Below are positions 14,106 through 17,523 of a stretch of 17,523 nucleotides of DNA, one piece after another. The stretch lies in contig JAPJOW010000077.1 of assembly GCA_030826005.1 (NCBI GenBank), positions 1-17,523 of the forward strand, read 5' to 3'. The notes under the pieces are model-generated. The model did not search any database and had not been told where the DNA came from. It saw nothing but the letters and a program-made list of their open reading frames with translations. The number at the start of each line of letters is the position of its first letter. Position 1 is the stretch's first letter. A program made the translations under genes and the position numbers. Source of the stretch: Aliterella sp. RAGGC_92. Its GTDB lineage: Bacteria > Cyanobacteriota > Cyanobacteriia > Cyanobacteriales > Chroococcidiopsidaceae.

Positions 14106-17100
14106 TTATTCGTCTTCAATCGCAGAGTCTCGATCTAGAATCAATAAGTCACGCAACCCGTTTGTATCTAATTCCGTCAACCACTGCTCTCCTGCGCCTA
14201 CTACTTGTTCGGCTAGTTCTTTTTTGCTTTCAATCATCGCGTTAATTTTTTCTTCCAAAGTGCCAGTACAAACAAATTTATGCACTAAAACATTGCGCTT
14301 TTGACCGATTCTAAATACGCGATCGGTAGCTTGATTTTCGACGGCAGGATTCCACCATCTATCGAAATGAAAAACATGATTTGCTCTTGTCAAATTCAAC
14401 CCTACACCCCCAGCTTTAAGAGACAAAATAAAGATTGGTGGTGCTTGCGGATCGTGTTGAAAACGATCTAACATTTCTTCTCTTTGTTGCTTGGTAGTGC
14501 TGCCATATAAAAACAATACTTCTCTATTAAAATGTTTTTCTAAATGGGTTTTAAGTAACTTTCCCCACTCGGCAAACTGAGTAAAAATTAAAGCGCGATC
14601 GCCTTCTGCGATAACTTCTTCTAACATTTCTTGCAAACGCTGCAATTTACCTGATTTTTTATCAAAGTCGCTAGGTAATATATTTGCTTTGGCTGCTTTT
14701 TCTCCTACCATAACTGGATGATTGCAGATTTGCTTTAGCTTTACTAACAACGCTAAAATCATCCCGCGACGTTGTACGCCTTCGGCAGATTCAATTTGGG
14801 CTAAAGACTCCTCAACTACTTGCTGATAAAGGCTTGCTTGGTCTAGAGAAAGTCCACAAAACACAGTCATTTCTTGCTTTTCGGGCAAATCTTGAATAAT
14901 TGTGCGATCGCTTTTCAATCGGCGGAGAATAAACGGCTGTACGAGCGATCGCAATGTGTTTAAAGAAGCGGCATCGCCATACTTTTCAATTGGCATCGCA
15001 AACCGCCGTTGAAAAAATTGTTTAGCGCCCAAATATCCCGGATTGAGAAAGTCTAAAATTGACCACAATTCCCCTAATCTATTTTCTACGGGCGTACCTG
15101 TTAAAGCAATTTTAAAATTAGCTTTTAATTGTCTTACAGCTTGGGATTGTTTCGCCTCTGGATTTTTGACATTTTGGGCTTCATCTAAAACAACTCCCTG
15201 CCAAGAAACACTTTCAAATGATTTAATATCTCGGTAAATCAACGCATAACTTGTAATCACAACTTCATGCTTTTGTACTTCTTTAACAAAAACCTCACCT
15301 TTAGAGCGTTTATCGCCGTGATGAATTGTTACTTTTAAGCTGGGTGCAAACTTTTTAACTTCTCGCTCCCAGTTTCCTAATACCGAAGTTGGACAAACTA
15401 CTAATGTCGGCTGTGTTAAAGCATTTTGTTCTTGGAGATGTAACAAAAAGGCGATTAATTGAGCCGTTTTACCCAAACCCATATCATCAGCTAAACACGC
15501 ACCCAAACCCCAACGCTCTAAAAATGCCAGCCAGCTAAAACCCCGTTGTTGATAAGGGCGCAACTCTCCTTTAAACTTGCTTGGTGTTGGTAAAACTGCG
15601 ATCGCACTATTATCTTGCAATGTCGTCATCAATTCTTGAAGTACCCCTGACGCTTCAAAGCTGACTACGGGCAATTTTTCAATTGCCATTGTATCCCCGG
15701 TACTGAGACGCAACGCATCTTCAAGGGATAATGTCAAGCTATTTTTGCGGGCGGCAAAAAAGTTTTGGGCGGTTTTAATGTCAGGCGGCTTCAGTTCTAC
15801 CCACTCGCCATTAATCTCTACAAGGGGACTGCCGAGGGCTACAAGGCGGTCAAACTCGCTTTTTGATATTGTTTGCCCGCCAATAGCTAATTCCCACTTT
15901 AAGGTCAGCAAACTGTGCAATCCCAAGCGTTGCTGTTGTTGGGGCGCAGCGTTGCTAATTTTTAAACCCAAACGATTCGCCCAACCGCCGCTACTACTAA
16001 GACTTGGCGGTAAAACTACCCCCAATCCGTTATCTTCAAACCGCCAAGCAATAGACTTAATAAACTCATAAGCTTGCAACGGAGTCAAAATACAGCTTTC
16101 AGGATAAGCAGATTCTAAACTAGGGGCAATGGGTTCGTACAATCTAGACGCTAAACCCAGCCCGCGCAAAAAAGTTTCTTGAGGGTTTTCTATCTCTCTA
16201 TTTTCATACACCCAACGCTCTACTGGATGCTGCCAAATATCCGCCGCTTTTATTAAAAATTCTGAGTTATCTATAGCTTGGAGAGCATACGCCAAAATCC
16301 ACTCATTACTATCTGCATTTGGAGGTATAAGCTGAAAACAGGTACGAAAACGATTTTGAGCCGCCGTCAACTGATACTGTAATGGTGCAATCCAAGCATT
16401 TAAAGACGATTCTAGACGCTCTAGCTGTCCTGGCTCGGATTTAACAATGTTATCGCTACGAGTTAAACTGTGCAGCCACTCTTTCCATAAAGGCGGTAGA
16501 GTAGGTAAATCGCTACTAACCACCGTTCTTACTTGAGCATCTATTGTCGTATTGAGAAAATCTTGAATTAGTTTTTGCGGCGCAATCGGTAAATTTATCG
16601 CGTTAAAAGTTTCCTGCTGATAGCACAAACAAGCTAAAGGCATAGTTTGGGTAAATTGTTCTAAGCGCCCCGAATCAATAGAACTATCTAACAAACTCTG
16701 CCACTTGGTTATTAAAGTATTATCTTCAAGTCTTTCTAAAGTAGGCAAAAACTTAGCTCTACTCATTACATCCCAACTCCACCGCGCAACTTGCGCCCAA
16801 AAACGCAAGTCTCCGCCCAAATAAGAATTTTCTTCAATCCCCAATGGTAGAGAGTTTAGGAGTTTCATTGCTCCAAGGGGGTTAAAGCAATATCCTTCAA
16901 CTTGCCAGGGATATAGTAAATAAGACTTGTTAGTTGCTAATTCTGTAGCAACCGAATGTACCGGATATAGTAAATTTTTATCAATATGCGTCGGCAAAGC
17001 GATCGCTTGATTATTTGGTAGTGGATGATTGCTATCATCTAGCTTTTGAGTGCCGATGCCTTTACGAGGGCGTTTTGCTACCGCCGGGGAAACGGAGAGT

Positions 17101-17285
17101 AAGGAAGCTATTTCGGCGTTTTGCAAAGCTATCCAAGCTGTCAATTCCTCTAGATTCATCGCTAAAGGGTGCTTGGGTAAAGCGGTCAAGTCTGACAACC
17201 CTACAGAGCTTCGCCAAGTTTCTCCCCAAATAAATAAGCAACTACCTTGCTTTTGCAGTAACCAACTACCGTGTAAAATTGCCAT
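14106..17285 (-). CDS. SNF2-family DEAD-like helicase (1059 aa) with a long N-terminal extension (bacterial SNF2-helicase-associated-type region)
   Basis: The SNF2_N motifs are LRPYQQRGFSWLAFLERWGLGACLADDMGLGKTAQ (motif I) and VVLDEAQNVKN (DEAQ box). Helicase_C motifs include LIFTQF and QATDRVFRIGQKRNVLVHKFV. About 560 aa precede motif I. ATG at 17283-17285. Many HIP1 sites lie inside. Confidence 0.85.
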   Translation of the reverse strand: MAILHGSWLLQKQGSCLFIWGETWRSSVGLSDLTALPKHPLAMNLEELTAWIALQNAEIASLLSVSPAVAKRPRKGIGTQKLDDSNHPLPNNQAIALPTHIDKNLLYPVHSVATELATNKSYLLYPWQVEGYCFNPLGAMKLLNSLPLGIEENSYLGGDLRFWAQVARWSWDVMSRAKFLPTLERLEDNTLITKWQSLLDSSIDSGRLEQFTQTMPLACLCYQQETFNAINLPIAPQKLIQDFLNTTIDAQVRTVVSSDLPTLPPLWKEWLHSLTRSDNIVKSEPGQLERLESSLNAWIAPLQYQLTAAQNRFRTCFQLIPPNADSNEWILAYALQAIDNSEFLIKAADIWQHPVERWVYENREIENPQETFLRGLGLASRLYEPIAPSLESAYPESCILTPLQAYEFIKSIAWRFEDNGLGVVLPPSLSSSGGWANRLGLKISNAAPQQQQRLGLHSLLTLKWELAIGGQTISKSEFDRLVALGSPLVEINGEWVELKPPDIKTAQNFFAARKNSLTLSLEDALRLSTGDTMAIEKLPVVSFEASGVLQELMTTLQDNSAIAVLPTPSKFKGELRPYQQRGFSWLAFLERWGLGACLADDMGLGKTAQLIAFLLHLQEQNALTQPTLVVCPTSVLGNWEREVKKFAPSLKVTIHHGDKRSKGEVFVKEVQKHEVVITSYALIYRDIKSFESVSWQGVVLDEAQNVKNPEAKQSQAVRQLKANFKIALTGTPVENRLGELWSILDFLNPGYLGAKQFFQRRFAMPIEKYGDAASLNTLRSLVQPFILRRLKSDRTIIQDLPEKQEMTVFCGLSLDQASLYQQVVEESLAQIESAEGVQRRGMILALLVKLKQICNHPVMVGEKAAKANILPSDFDKKSGKLQRLQEMLEEVIAEGDRALIFTQFAEWGKLLKTHLEKHFNREVLFLYGSTTKQQREEMLDRFQHDPQAPPIFILSLKAGGVGLNLTRANHVFHFDRWWNPAVENQATDRVFRIGQKRNVLVHKFVCTGTLEEKINAMIESKKELAEQVVGAGEQWLTELDTNGLRDLLILDRDSAIEDE

Positions 17286-17523
17286 TTTCTTCCCAAACTT
17301 CAGACTTACCCAAACTATAAAAAATACTTAGTTTTTTGCTATTGCGTAATTATTTATACATTCATTATGAAAATGTCTTGTTTTTAGCGCCTAACCTGTT
17401 CCATGTTAATAGCGATCGCTTTAAAAATTGAATTGAATTATTAGTTTAAGGTAAAGAGTAATTTTTAGATAATACATTGAGGGCGATCGCATGATTTATC
17501 CCCTCCCCCCTGTCCCCTTGTCC

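Noticed and set aside
15043-17331. Plus-strand ORFs 15043..15237, 15745..16071, 17015..17233, 17050..17331
   Set aside because: They are antisense to the SNF2 helicase CDS, or in the 5' leader in the last case. The helicase motifs on the opposite strand are unambiguous.
1-17523. Transposase, integrase, IS element or rRNA
   Set aside because: No DDE or tyrosine-recombinase-like ORF was seen. No terminal inverted repeats bound the low-GC islet. No rRNA-like sequence was seen.

Overview
The window is a chromosomal segment with a cyanobacterial signature. The octamer GCGATCGC (HIP1) occurs more than twenty times by eye, in nearly every gene. Most of the window is ordinary core or metabolic genes: - the 3' end of uppS - DUF3143-like, J-domain and pentapeptide/TPR proteins - an aldo/keto reductase and an alpha/beta hydrolase - aroE - an SPFH/band-7 protein - an HxlR regulator divergent from a cytoplasmic HtrA-like PDZ protease, followed by an NmrA-like oxidoreductase - a 1059-aa SNF2-family helicase. 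Several things stand out. (1) An islet at about 254-2440 lacks HIP1. It is visibly AT-rich over 300-1560 and sits between uppS and core genes. It carries a clear GNAT-toxin/DUF1778-antitoxin type II TA pair with a textbook operator palindrome over its -10 box. It also carries an unrecognisable two-gene module: a 223-aa soluble protein followed by a 102-aa two-transmembrane protein. This module is my best candidate for an undescribed system, perhaps abortive-infection- or defence-like. (2) A gene-free stretch of about 600 bp (10660-11250) contains a tRNA-like element with good D and T arms but a non-canonical anticodon loop. It also contains a perfect 21-nt palindrome. (3) A short hairpin-containing dispersed repeat family occurs at the two convergent-gene junctions (7560-7610 and 13795-14055). 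(4) The SPFH protein has three tandem copies of the SPFH N-terminal motif. No CRISPR array, transposase, integrase or rRNA was seen. All calls come from reading translations and motifs by eye. No database search was possible.
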